In this document: one piece after another, positions 8,431-17,401 of the stretch | How the letters are laid out: each line of letters starts with the position of its first letter | Numbering within the stretch: the first letter of the stretch is position 1 | Assembly: GCA_046290435.1 (NCBI GenBank) | Contig: JBKAGO010000053.1 | Coordinates: 568 to 64,567 of the forward strand | Reading direction: 5' to 3' | Origin: Acidimicrobiales bacterium | GTDB taxonomy: Bacteria; Actinomycetota; Acidimicrobiia; Acidimicrobiales; UBA8592 | DNA length: 64,000 bases | The notes under the pieces: generated by a model | Told to the model about the DNA's origin: nothing | Seen by the model: the letters and a program-made list of their open reading frames with translations, nothing else | Databases searched by the model: none | Position numbers and translations under genes: made by a program

Positions 8431-10545
8431 ATGGCACGTACGGATGATGGGAAGCGGCGGCGCCCACCGATCGTCGCCGTCGCAGTGGTGGCGGCGTTCG
8501 CTTTCCTGTCGGGCGCGGCACCGGCCACCGGTGCCGAAGCGACATCCCCCGCCGCAGCCGGGCAGCACGCAGTCCGCGCGCTCGCGGACATGGTGCGCGA
8601 TACACCGCCCCCGCGGGCGACCTCGCCCGCGACCCGGATTCGGCTCGAACAGCACATCGAAGCGCTCCGGGACCCCGCCGCCCGGGCATTCGACGACTGC
8701 CTCGGCGATACTCACCTGGACTCGCTGTTCGAGGTGCCGACGCTCGACATCGACGCGTACGGCATCTCCTCGGACTGCTCGGTGGTGGCCGTCATCGCCC
8801 TGACGGACCAGATCTGGTCGACGAGCTCGCTCGAATCGTTCATCGCCTTCGTGGACACCGATGCCTCCATGGCCACGGGATGCAACGGCGACGACTACGC
8901 GCTGATCGCGCAGCCCGCCACCGGCGGCGGCCTGACCGGAGGGCTCGTCTCGACGCCATCGTGCGCGCAGGCATCGTGGGCGGTCGAACCCGCGCCCGTG
9001 TCGGCCCTGCGCACCGGAAACGACGACATCGGCATGGCCGTCGGCCTCGCCGACCTGCCCCTCGCCGGGCCCCTGCGCTGGTCGGTGGTGCTGTCGTCGA
9101 CATCGGGCTCCGAGGACTGGGGTCCCGACCTCGGCACCCACGCGGCAACGTACGCCGATGCGACCCCCTCGGTGCCACGCGACGTGGCCGTCACGGCAGG
9201 CTCTCGAGACCTGGCGGTTTCGTGGGCTCCCCCGGCCTCGGGATCGCCGGTGTCGTACCTCGTCGAGCACCGACGCGCCGCAACGCCGCGTGCCGTGGCC
9301 CGAATCATCGGCGGCACGAACGCCGCTGCGGGTGACGCTCCGTGGCAGGCGGCACTGTTGCTCGCCGGGGCGGCGCCCACCTCGGGCCAGTTCTGCGGAG
9401 GCGCCCTGGTCGGCCCCCGCCATGTGCTCACCGCAGCCCACTGCCTGGTGGGCCTGACCTCGGCCGATATCGACGTCGCCGTCGGGATCACGTCGCTGTC
9501 GGCGATCCGCCCGGCCGACCGGATCCCGGTCGTGTCCATCGACACGCACCCGACCTACGACGGGTCGGTGTCCTCGCCAGGCGACGTGGCGGTCCTCACC
9601 CTGGCCCGCAACGCCCCCGGCTCGACCCTCGGGCTCCTCGACAGCCCGTCGGAGCCCGCAGCCGGTCAGGCGGCCCGTGTCAGCGGCTGGGGAACCCGGT
9701 TCACCGACGGTGCCGGGAACCCGACGCCGGACCGGCCCGACACCCTGCAGGTCGCCGACATCTCCGTCGCGGCGGGCCCCGGCCAGGCCTGCGGTTCGTA
9801 CGGGTCCTCGTTCGACACGGCGACGATGCTCTGTGCCGGGGTCCCCGGCGGCGGGATCGACGCATGCAGCGGCGACAGCGGCGGTGCCCTGACGATCCAG
9901 CGAGGCGGCGCCACCGTGGTCGCCGGCGTCGTCAGCTGGGGCAACGGCTGCGCCCGAGCGCAGTTCCCGGGGGTCTACGCCCGGGTCTCGACCTATGCGA
10001 GCTGGATACGCGACCAGATCAACCAGGCGCCCTGGACCTCGACGACCGTGCAGTGTTCGACTGCGAGGTGCCGCCACACGATCGGCTCACTGGCCGCCGG
10101 GACCGACTACGAGGTCCGCGTCGCCGCGGTGTCCACCGGCGGCCGCGGCCCGTGGAGTGCCGTCATCGCCGCCCGGACCCGTCCGGCAGCGCAGTCGCCC
10201 CAGCGCACGCCACGCTGCCGGGGACGTGCCGCCACCATCGTGGCCGTGCCGGGCGGACCGACCATCGGTACGCCACGCGCCGATGTCATCGTCGGCACCT
10301 CGGGCCGCGACGTGATCCGCGGCCGGGGCGGCAACGACATCATCTGCGGCGGCGGCGGGCCGGATCGGCTCATCGGCGGCCCGGGCGACGATGTGCTCTT
10401 CGGCGGCGGCGGTCGAGACCGACTCGTCGGCGGTCCGGGCCGAGACCGGCTGCTGGGCGGCCCCGGCAATGACCTCCTCATCGGCGGCCCGGGACGGGAC
10501 CGCTGCGTCGGTGGCCCGGGGGCAGACCGCAATCGCCGCTGCTGA
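8431..10545 (+). CDS. Secreted multidomain trypsin-like (S1) serine protease with Fn3-like segments and C-terminal GGxGxD calcium-binding-type repeats
   Basis: ATG 8431 after GAAGGCGGA. Signal peptide PPIVAVAVVAAFAFLSGAAPATGAEA. IIGG...TAAHC...DACSGDSGG. C-terminus reads GGPGDDVLFGGGGRDRLVGGPGRDRLLGGPGNDLLIGGPGRD. Confidence 0.85.
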   Translation: MARTDDGKRRRPPIVAVAVVAAFAFLSGAAPATGAEATSPAAAGQHAVRALADMVRDTPPPRATSPATRIRLEQHIEALRDPAARAFDDCLGDTHLDSLFEVPTLDIDAYGISSDCSVVAVIALTDQIWSTSSLESFIAFVDTDASMATGCNGDDYALIAQPATGGGLTGGLVSTPSCAQASWAVEPAPVSALRTGNDDIGMAVGLADLPLAGPLRWSVVLSSTSGSEDWGPDLGTHAATYADATPSVPRDVAVTAGSRDLAVSWAPPASGSPVSYLVEHRRAATPRAVARIIGGTNAAAGDAPWQAALLLAGAAPTSGQFCGGALVGPRHVLTAAHCLVGLTSADIDVAVGITSLSAIRPADRIPVVSIDTHPTYDGSVSSPGDVAVLTLARNAPGSTLGLLDSPSEPAAGQAARVSGWGTRFTDGAGNPTPDRPDTLQVADISVAAGPGQACGSYGSSFDTATMLCAGVPGGGIDACSGDSGGALTIQRGGATVVAGVVSWGNGCARAQFPGVYARVSTYASWIRDQINQAPWTSTTVQCSTARCRHTIGSLAAGTDYEVRVAAVSTGGRGPWSAVIAARTRPAAQSPQRTPRCRGRAATIVAVPGGPTIGTPRADVIVGTSGRDVIRGRGGNDIICGGGGPDRLIGGPGDDVLFGGGGRDRLVGGPGRDRLLGGPGNDLLIGGPGRDRCVGGPGADRNRRC

Positions 10546-10555
10546 CGAGCAGTCC

Positions 10556-10624
10556 GATGCCAAGGGCCTGCGTGGCCCGAAAGGCCGCCCACCGCCCGGA
10601 TGCCAAGGGCCTGCGTGGCCCGAA
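10556..10624. repeat. 26-bp direct repeat x2 (10556-10581 and 10599-10624)
   Basis: gatgccaagggcctgcgtggcccgaa occurs twice, in the spacer between the protease gene and tRNA-Ala. Confidence 0.8.
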
Positions 10625-10664
10625 CGCCCCAGCGGAGCGGAGACATCGCGACAAAACCGGATGA

Positions 10665-10688
10665 GCACGCCTGCGAATCCAGGCGTGC
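10665..10688. terminator. 9-bp GC-rich hairpin (6-nt loop) just 3-prime of tRNA-Ala and of the protease gene
   Basis: gcacgcctg-cgaatc-caggcgtgc read directly. It lies 7 nt from the tRNA 3-prime end. No U-tract. Confidence 0.4.
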
Positions 10689-10694
10689 CCACAC

Positions 10695-10769
<75 letters not shown>

Positions 10770-10796
10770 GAGAACTACGGGATTGAATGCGCCAGG

Positions 10797-11345
10797 TTAG
10801 CGCGAGAGCACATCGATGCCGACTGCATCGTCGGTACCGGTTGCGGCCAGCGACGTCGGGCGCTGCGCTGCGGCGTAGACCGGACGCTGCAGGGTGCGCT
10901 GATACTCGACCTCGCGCTGGTACTGCACCAGCGCCAGCACGAAGCCCAGCAGCAGGGCGTCGATGACCAGATGGGTCAGGATCAGCGTGGTGCCACCGAA
11001 GGCGAACACGGCAAGCAGGCTGAGCACACTGGCCGAGGCCAGGGCCACCAGGACGTTGCGACGTCGAATCCGGGCCTGGGCGCTCGTGATACCCCGACCG
11101 GTGCGGACCTGAGCGGAGCGGGGTGCCCCCATGGGGCCGACGGGGGCGCCCCGCAGCTGCACGACGTCTGCACCGCCGATGCCGGCGAGGCCGCTGCTGC
11201 GGTCGGAGCCGCCGAGCACCGAGAGGCGCTTGGAGTAGTTGCCGATGGACATCGACGGCGTGGCGGGCGTACGGGTACGGAACCAGTACACCCCGACACC
11301 TGCCCACACGATTGCGAGGAGAACCAAGAACACGGGAGTTCCCAC
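10797..11345 (-). CDS. Small membrane protein, no family recognised
   Basis: GTG 11345. N-terminal helix VFLVLLAIVWAGVGVYWF and C-terminal helices VLVALASASVLSLLAVFAFGG and LILTHLVIDALLLGFVLALV. Competing ORFs here are Arg/Pro-rich. Confidence 0.45.
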   Translation of the reverse strand: MGTPVFLVLLAIVWAGVGVYWFRTRTPATPSMSIGNYSKRLSVLGGSDRSSGLAGIGGADVVQLRGAPVGPMGAPRSAQVRTGRGITSAQARIRRRNVLVALASASVLSLLAVFAFGGTTLILTHLVIDALLLGFVLALVQYQREVEYQRTLQRPVYAAAQRPTSLAATGTDDAVGIDVLSR

Positions 11346-11548
11346 TGGGTCGAGCCTGCCTTCGGACGTGAAAAGCGTCGCACGGTCGCGCGCGCCGGGG
11401 GTGGATAGTGCGAACAGAAGATGACGTTCGACTGTCGAAGGTTACGGTTCTACTACGCAACCGCAACCCGGGCCAGTCGCCGGGCGCCACGCTAGCCAGG
11501 GTCGGCACGACCGTTCCAGTCCGCGCACCGACCCCCGATCGATGTCGG

Positions 11549-12061
11549 TCAACGGTCGTGGGGCAGGTCGCCGTCGTCGATCTCGGGGGTACGGCGGTAC
11601 ACGCCGGAGCGCCCGCCGGTCTTCTCCCAGAGGGTGATGTCACCGATGACCATCGCCCGGTCCTTGGACTTGCACATGTCGTAGATGGTCAGCGCCGCGA
11701 CCGTGCATGCGGTGAGGGCCTCCATCTCGACACCGGTGCGGTCGTAGGTCTCGACCTCGGCCTCGACCTCGACGTGGTCGTCCTCGAGCCGGAAGTTGAC
11801 CAGCACTGCGCCGACGAGCAACGGATGACACAGCGGGATGAGCTCGGGCGTGCGTTTGGCCGCCTGGATGCCTGCCACCCGGGCCACGGCCAGCACGTCG
11901 CCCTTGCCGATGGCGCCACGGGCGATGGCGTCGGCGGTGTCGGAGGACATGTGCACTCGGGCCCGTGCGATCGCGCGGCGATGGCTGGGCTCTTTGGGGG
12001 TGACGTCGACCATCCGGGCGCGGCCCAGGGGGTCCAGGTGGGTGAAACCGTGATCCGACAT
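11549..12061 (-). CDS. moaC: Cyclic pyranopterin monophosphate synthase MoaC
   Basis: 170-aa ORF with MoaC-typical TPELIPLCHPL, GVEMEALTA and IYDMCKSKDR. Confidence 0.93.
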   Translation of the reverse strand: MSDHGFTHLDPLGRARMVDVTPKEPSHRRAIARARVHMSSDTADAIARGAIGKGDVLAVARVAGIQAAKRTPELIPLCHPLLVGAVLVNFRLEDDHVEVEAEVETYDRTGVEMEALTACTVAALTIYDMCKSKDRAMVIGDITLWEKTGGRSGVYRRTPEIDDGDLPHDR

Positions 12062-12093
12062 GGCGGCGAGTGTAGGTCGCGCGCCGCTACCCG

Positions 12094-12141
12094 CCGCTGT
12101 GCCTACTCACCGCTGTGCCTACCCACCGCTGTGTCAACCAC
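12094..12141. repeat. 16-bp tandem repeat x3 in the moaA-moaC spacer
   Basis: ccgctgtgcctactca / ccgctgtgcctaccca / ccgctgtgtcaaccac. The third unit overlaps the moaA stop. Confidence 0.7.
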
Positions 12142-13117
12142 CGATTTGCGACATCGACTTCTTCGGGCGGATGAAGTGCACCTGGCCGATCTGGTGGCCG
12201 GCCCACTTGTCCATGACGGCGCCCTCGAGCGCCGCGGCGATGTCGTCGTCGGTGGCACCGCTGCGAAGCATGGAGCGCATGTCGTACTCCTTCACGGCGA
12301 ACAGGCAGTTGCGGAACTTGCCCTCGGCCGTCAGGCGGATGCGGTCGCAGCTGTCACAGAACGCCTCGGTGACCGTCGCGATGACGCCGACCTCTCCCCC
12401 ACCGTCGGTGTAGCGCCACCGCGCCGCGGGGGCGCTTCCACGCTCGAGGGGCTCGATGTCGTAGTGGGAGCCGATCAGGTCGACGATGTCGGCCTGCGAA
12501 AGGACCTTGTCGTGGCTCCACGCCTCGTCGGCGTCGAGGGGCATGAACTCGATGAAGCGGACGACCACGCCCTTGTCGCGACCCCACCGGACGAAGTCGA
12601 GGACCTCGTCGTCGTTGACGCCTTTCATGACCACGCAGTTGACCTTGACGGGCTCGAAACCGGCCTCGAGGGCGGCGTCGATGCCGTCGAGCACCTTGTC
12701 GAGCTCGTCACGACGGGTCAGCCGGATGAAACGGTCCCGGTCGAAGGTGTCGAGGCTGACGTTGATGCGCTTCAGCCCTGCGGCCTTCAGATCGTGGGCC
12801 AGCAGGCGCAGCGTCGCACCGTTGGTGGTGATGGACAGATCGACACCGAGCTTCGCGAGCTTGCCGATGAGCACCGGGAGGTGCGCCCGCACCGTGGGCT
12901 CGCCGCCGGTGATGCGGATGCCGTCGATGCCGTATCGCTCGACCAGCAGCCGGGCGAGGCGTTCGATCTCCTCGAAGGTCAACAACTCGTCGCGTGGCGT
13001 CCACTGCATGCCCTCCTCGGGCATGCAGTACGTGCAGCGGAAGTTGCAGCGGTCCGTGATGGAGATGCGCAGGTCGCGATGCACACGCCCGAACGTGTCG
13101 ATGAGTTCTTGGGCCAT
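12134..13117 (-). CDS. moaA: GTP 3',8-cyclase MoaA (radical SAM)
   Basis: ATG 13117 (MAQELIDTFGR). Radical-SAM CNFRCTYC, GGEPT, and the C-terminal cluster CDSCDRIRLTAEGKFRNC. This is the lower part of ORF 12134..14266 only. Confidence 0.93.
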   Translation of the reverse strand: MAQELIDTFGRVHRDLRISITDRCNFRCTYCMPEEGMQWTPRDELLTFEEIERLARLLVERYGIDGIRITGGEPTVRAHLPVLIGKLAKLGVDLSITTNGATLRLLAHDLKAAGLKRINVSLDTFDRDRFIRLTRRDELDKVLDGIDAALEAGFEPVKVNCVVMKGVNDDEVLDFVRWGRDKGVVVRFIEFMPLDADEAWSHDKVLSQADIVDLIGSHYDIEPLERGSAPAARWRYTDGGGEVGVIATVTEAFCDSCDRIRLTAEGKFRNCLFAVKEYDMRSMLRSGATDDDIAAALEGAVMDKWAGHQIGQVHFIRPKKSMSQIGG

Positions 13118-13155
13118 CGCACCAACGTACCGACCATTCGGCCGGTCTGCCCGTG

Positions 13156-13953
13156 TCAGCCGCGTGTCGGGGGCCGGTAGTCGGTGTTGCGGTCGATGTT
13201 CATGTACATGTCGTTTGCGACGGGGTCTTCCATCTCCTCGGCGAGGTGACCGAGCAGACCGGCGCAGCGGGCCAGCAGCGCGAACCCGCGCAGCACCCCC
13301 ATCGGGAGGTCGATGTCGGCCAGCACCGCACCGCACACCCCCGCGCCGTTGAGCGGCAAGGTGCGCCCGAGCACCTCGGGATGAACCCGGCCGATGGCCT
13401 CGAACAGGGCCAGGTGCGGGCCGTACTGGTCGTTCTCTCGCGCCAGCGAGAACAGCTTGGGCGTGCGGGGATCGCCCTGCTTGTGCACCGGATGACCGAG
13501 GCCCGGCACGAATCGGCCGGCGGCCTTCGTTTCGGCGACCAGGGTCCGGGCGACTGCGTCCCAGCCGTCGGCGTCGACCGGGTGCTCGTCGATGGCCCCG
13601 AGCGCGGCGTGAAGGAAGTGCGCCGCATCCTCGGTGACGCCCAGGAAACGCGAGCCACCGCCGAGCAGGCCCGCGGCCAGTGCGCCCTGGATCGAGTCCG
13701 GTGCACTCAGGTACGTGACGCGGGCCGCGATCGCCGTCGGGGTGAAGCCGTGGTCGGCGAGCGCCACCAGCACGGCCTCGAGCATGTTGCGCTGCCCCGG
13801 CGTCGGGCGCCGCTTGGCCACCAGCCAGTAGGCCAGTTCGCCGAAGGTGATCTGGCCCAACAGCTCGTCGGCCAGGTCGTGGCCGAGAAGGGTGATGGAG
13901 TCGAGGTCCGACGCCCCGATGCCGGTCCGGTAGGTCTGCGGTTGGTCGCTCAC
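13156..13953 (-). CDS. Short citrate-synthase-family protein (citryl-CoA lyase-like)
   Basis: GTG 13953 overlaps the upstream stop (GTGA). Citrate-synthase signature GLGHPVHKQGDPR and LADHGFTPT. About 265 aa, so it lacks the N-terminal part of a full citrate synthase. Confidence 0.75.
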   Translation of the reverse strand: MSDQPQTYRTGIGASDLDSITLLGHDLADELLGQITFGELAYWLVAKRRPTPGQRNMLEAVLVALADHGFTPTAIAARVTYLSAPDSIQGALAAGLLGGGSRFLGVTEDAAHFLHAALGAIDEHPVDADGWDAVARTLVAETKAAGRFVPGLGHPVHKQGDPRTPKLFSLARENDQYGPHLALFEAIGRVHPEVLGRTLPLNGAGVCGAVLADIDLPMGVLRGFALLARCAGLLGHLAEEMEDPVANDMYMNIDRNTDYRPPTRG

Positions 13954-15179
13954 GGGCGCTCCTCGTCCTCGGGGGTCCGGGTGGTGTCGGCGGCAGTGTC
14001 GGTGTCGGGCGTCTCGAGCCAGGCCCTGATCTCGTCGGAGTGCGCACCGAGCCCCGGCGGCCGTCGCTCGTAGCGGATCTCGGCGTCGCTGAAGGTGATC
14101 GGATTGGCGATCGAGCCGACGGCAGCGTCGCCGTCGCCGACGCTGACCACCGGGTGCAGGCCCAGCCGCTCGGCCAAGGCCACACCGTCGCCGATCGAGT
14201 TGATCGGCCCGCACGGCACCCCGGCCTCGTTGAGGGTGACGAACAGGTCGTCGGCGGACCAGGCATGCAGCCGTTCGACCAGGATGGGGTGCAGCTCGTC
14301 GCGGTTGGCGGTGCGGTCGGCGTTGAGCGCGAAACGCGGGTCCTCGGCGATCTCGGGGATCTCGAGCACGCGGCACAACGCCTTGAACTGGCGGTCGTTG
14401 CCGCAGGCGATGATGACGTCGCGGTCGCCGGTGGGCATCGTCTGGTAGGGGTACACGCTGGGGTGCTCGTTGCCCATGCGGTGCGGGACCACCCCGGCCG
14501 AGGCGAATCCGCCGCTGTGGTTGACCAGCCCCGACAACGCGGAGGACAACAGGTTGACCTCGACGTGCTGGCCCACGCCGGTGGCGTCGCGCTGGTGCAA
14601 CGCCGCCAGCACGCCGATCAGGCCGTGCATGCCGGTCATGACGTCGAACACCGAGATGCCGGCGCGGTAGGCGGGTCCGTCGGGGTCGCCGGTGAGGCTC
14701 ATCAGCCCCGACACGGCCTGCACCACGAGGTCGTAACCGGGGATGCCGGCGCCCTCGGCGGTGCCGAAGCCGCTGATCGACAGGTAGATCAGCGCCGGGT
14801 TGATCTCGCGGGCGCTGTCGTAGTCGAGCCCGAACTTCGTGAGCGCGCCGACCTTGAAGTTCTCCACGACGATGTCGGCCCGGCGGAACAGCTCGTGCAC
14901 CACGGCCACGTCGGCGGGGTCGCGGAAGTCCAGCACGATGGAGCGCTTGTTGCGGTTGATCGACAGGTAGTAGGTGGCGACGCCGTCGTGTTCGGGCGGG
15001 GTCCAGGCGCGGGTGTCGTCGCCGCCGGCGCTCTCGACCTTGATGACGGTGGCGCCCATGTCGGCCAGCAGCATCGTGCAGTAGGGACCGGCCAGCACGC
15101 GCGACAGGTCGGCGACGATCAGGCCGTCGAGGGGTCCTCTGCGTGCGGTCGACGGGCTCGGTGGGTTGGGGGTGGTCAT
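13950..15179 (-). CDS. Family III CoA-transferase (CaiB/BaiF family)
   Basis: LDGLIVADLSRVLAGPYCTMLLADMGATVIKVE. ATG 15179 overlaps the iclR stop (ATGA), with GAGG 8 nt upstream. The ORF-track start 15221 is less likely. Confidence 0.88.
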   Translation of the reverse strand: MTTPNPPSPSTARRGPLDGLIVADLSRVLAGPYCTMLLADMGATVIKVESAGGDDTRAWTPPEHDGVATYYLSINRNKRSIVLDFRDPADVAVVHELFRRADIVVENFKVGALTKFGLDYDSAREINPALIYLSISGFGTAEGAGIPGYDLVVQAVSGLMSLTGDPDGPAYRAGISVFDVMTGMHGLIGVLAALHQRDATGVGQHVEVNLLSSALSGLVNHSGGFASAGVVPHRMGNEHPSVYPYQTMPTGDRDVIIACGNDRQFKALCRVLEIPEIAEDPRFALNADRTANRDELHPILVERLHAWSADDLFVTLNEAGVPCGPINSIGDGVALAERLGLHPVVSVGDGDAAVGSIANPITFSDAEIRYERRPPGLGAHSDEIRAWLETPDTDTAADTTRTPEDEERP

Positions 15180-15982
15180 CGGGGTACCTCGGTGGTGGGG
15201 AGTCGGGCGAGGTGTCCCCATTCCTCGCTGATGGCAGCCGCACGTTCCAACAACGCGGGCAGGAACTCGTCGGTCAACTTCTCGATGGGTGTCTCGCCGG
15301 CGTGTGCGGTGACGTTGAGCGCAGCGACGACACGACGCGACGAGTCACGCACCGGCGCGGCGATGGAACGCACCCCCAGCGACAGGACCTCGTCGGCGAG
15401 CGCCCAGCCCTGGCGGCGGACCTCTGCGAGCTGGGCGTCGAGCTCCGATCGCGTCGGGACGACACGGGGGATGACGTGCGAACGCGACGGTGTGGCCAGC
15501 GCCTTGTCGAGCTCGTCGGGGGTGAGATCGGCCAACAGCACCTTGCCCATCGACGCCGCCACGGCCGGAAAGCGCGTCCCGATGGTGACCGACAGGGCGA
15601 TGATCTTCGGCACCGGCACACGGGCGGTGTAGAGGATGTCGCTGCCGTCGAGCTGGGACATCGACGACGACTCGCCCGTGAACTGCACCAGCCCGACCAT
15701 GTGCGGGCGGGCGATGTCCCACAGGCCCTGCGCGGCAACGGCCGCTGTGCCGATGTCGAGCACCTTGGTGGTGAGCGAATACCGGCCCTCGGCCGCCCGC
15801 ACGTACCCCAACTGTTCGAGCGTCAGCAACAGACGGCGCGCCGTCGGACGGGCCAGGCCGGTCCGATCGGCGATCTCGCTGACCGTCATCGCCATCTGGG
15901 CCGGCGAGAACGCCGTCAGCACGTCGATGCCGCGTGCGAGGGACTCGACGAAGTCGCGTCCCGCCGGTCGTGTGGGCTCCAC
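15176..15982 (-). CDS. IclR-family transcriptional regulator (PcaR/PobR-like)
   Basis: N-terminal winged HTH (MTVSEIADRTGLARPTARRLLLTLEQLGYV) plus an IclR effector domain. It starts 4 nt downstream of the VOC gene stop. Confidence 0.9.
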   Translation of the reverse strand: MEPTRPAGRDFVESLARGIDVLTAFSPAQMAMTVSEIADRTGLARPTARRLLLTLEQLGYVRAAEGRYSLTTKVLDIGTAAVAAQGLWDIARPHMVGLVQFTGESSSMSQLDGSDILYTARVPVPKIIALSVTIGTRFPAVAASMGKVLLADLTPDELDKALATPSRSHVIPRVVPTRSELDAQLAEVRRQGWALADEVLSLGVRSIAAPVRDSSRRVVAALNVTAHAGETPIEKLTDEFLPALLERAAAISEEWGHLARLPTTEVPR

Positions 15983-15986
15983 CGCG

Positions 15987-16520
15987 TCAGCGGTAGGTGT
16001 TGTTGGAGGTGTGGTCGCCGGCGAGCCAGCGTTCGAGGGTGGCGTGGGCGTCGACGGCGCGCGCAGCGTTGATCTCGTCGGCGTGGTCGACGTCGACGGT
16101 GAACTCGAGCACCATGCCGTTGGGATCGCTGGTGTAGAGCGACCGGCAGTAGCCGTGCTCGAGCACGAACGTCTGCTCGGGCATCCACCCGGCCTCCTCC
16201 AGGCGCCGGGCCAGGTCGGCCTGGGCCTCGGGGGTGACCTTGAGGGCGATGTGACGGAACGGCGATGGCAACAGCTCCGGGTCGAAGAGCGCCTGGTCCT
16301 CCTCGGTGGCGAACTGGAAGAAGGCGAGGGCGCTGCCGTCCTCGAGCCCGAAGAAGGTGTGGCAGTAGACGCGTTCGGCGCCGAAGAGCTCGTCGGTCTC
16401 GGACCAGCAGGCGATGAGCGGGAAGCCCAACAGGTCTTCGTAGAAGGCCCGGGTCGCCTCCTGGTCCTTCGTGACGTACGCCGTGTGGTGGAGGCGTTGT
16501 GCGGGTGGCGTCATGGTCAT
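15987..16520 (-). CDS. VOC (glyoxalase/bleomycin-resistance/extradiol dioxygenase) family protein
   Basis: ATG 16520 preceded by AGGAGGGG. 177 aa, with LHHTAYVTKD...RHIALKV...EHGYCRSLYTSDPNG typical of the paired beta-alpha-beta-beta-beta fold. The upstream part of ORF 15987..16853 is rejected. Confidence 0.85.
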   Translation of the reverse strand: MTMTPPAQRLHHTAYVTKDQEATRAFYEDLLGFPLIACWSETDELFGAERVYCHTFFGLEDGSALAFFQFATEEDQALFDPELLPSPFRHIALKVTPEAQADLARRLEEAGWMPEQTFVLEHGYCRSLYTSDPNGMVLEFTVDVDHADEINAARAVDAHATLERWLAGDHTSNNTYR

Positions 16521-16629
16521 CGGTCCCCTCCTGCGGGTGACGTGATGCTGGTTCCGGTGATGATGGTCGACGCGGGCAGAACGTGCTGCACCGCCGTGCG
16601 CCTGGCGAGCTCTCCTGGCCGCCGAGCGG

Positions 16630-16646
16630 GCAGAGTACCACTCTGC
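16630..16646. promoter_or_regulatory. Perfect 7-3-7 palindrome GCAGAGT-ACC-ACTCTGC upstream of the VOC-IclR operon; candidate operator or weak terminator of the esterase gene
   Basis: Read directly. It lies 110 nt upstream of ATG 16520 and 36 nt downstream of the esterase stop. Confidence 0.2.
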
Positions 16647-16681
16647 GGACACCTGACCGCAAGGCTGGTTGCCCTCGGCCA

Positions 16682-17335
16682 TCACACGGAGCGGCGACCC
16701 CGCCGCCTCACCCGGTCGAGGAATACCGCCAACTCCTGGAGCTCTGCAGGACGGATGGCGTGCTCGTCGTCGTCGAAGACCGACATCGTGACCGCCGCTC
16801 CAGCGGCATCGAACGCAGCGGCGGTCTCGTGCACCCGCACCAGCGGCACCCACCGGTCACGGGTACCGCAGCTGACGAGGGCCGGCATCGCATCGAGATC
16901 GCCGGCGACCACCAGTTCCGTTCCCGGCGGCCCCACCAGCCCGCCCGACAGAACGACGAGGCCACCCCATGGCCGACCGCTTCGGGCCACGACCTCGGCG
17001 ACCAGGCATGCCCCTTGAGAGAAGCCCAACCAGACCACCGGCGCCGACACGTGGGCCAGGTGTTCGGCGATGACCTGGAGTCGGGCCACGGCGGCACCCA
17101 GGTGAGGCTCGTTGGCCGATCGTTCGTCCATGAACGACGCCGGCCACCAACGAGGGCCGGGCGCAGCCGGGAGCACCCAGGCGATGGAGGGGTCGCCGAT
17201 GGGGTCGACGACATGGTCGATCAGGTATGCCGGTGTCTGGTCGCGACCGTGCACGCCGACCACCACCAGGTCGGCGTCGTCGAGGGCCAGACCCGACACG
17301 ACGATGTCGACGCGGCGTGATGACTGGTCGGACAC
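16682..17335 (-). CDS. Alpha/beta hydrolase, phospholipase/carboxylesterase-like
   Basis: GTG 17335 preceded by GGAGGAG. Nucleophile elbow GFSQGA. About 217 aa, typical of this esterase family. Confidence 0.75.
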   Translation of the reverse strand: MSDQSSRRVDIVVSGLALDDADLVVVGVHGRDQTPAYLIDHVVDPIGDPSIAWVLPAAPGPRWWPASFMDERSANEPHLGAAVARLQVIAEHLAHVSAPVVWLGFSQGACLVAEVVARSGRPWGGLVVLSGGLVGPPGTELVVAGDLDAMPALVSCGTRDRWVPLVRVHETAAAFDAAGAAVTMSVFDDDEHAIRPAELQELAVFLDRVRRRGRRSV

Positions 17336-17366
17336 GGGCAACTCCTCCAGGCCTGCGGCGTACGGA

Positions 17367-17401
17367 GTGCGGTGTACGCAGTGCGGTGTACGCAGTGCGG
17401 T
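17367..17401. repeat. 14-bp tandem repeat, about 2.5 copies (gtgcggtgtacgca), in a divergent promoter region
   Basis: Read directly between the esterase start (17335) and the MetE-like start (17445). A related gcggcgtacgga lies just upstream. Confidence 0.75.

Noticed and set aside
12134-15243. ORFs 12134..14266(-) and 13156..15243(-) taken at face value as 710-aa and 695-aa proteins.
   Set aside because: Only their C-terminal parts (MoaA from ATG 13117; the citrate-synthase-like protein from GTG 13953) look like real proteins. The N-terminal parts are Arg/Pro-rich read-through overlapping the CoA-transferase gene in another frame.
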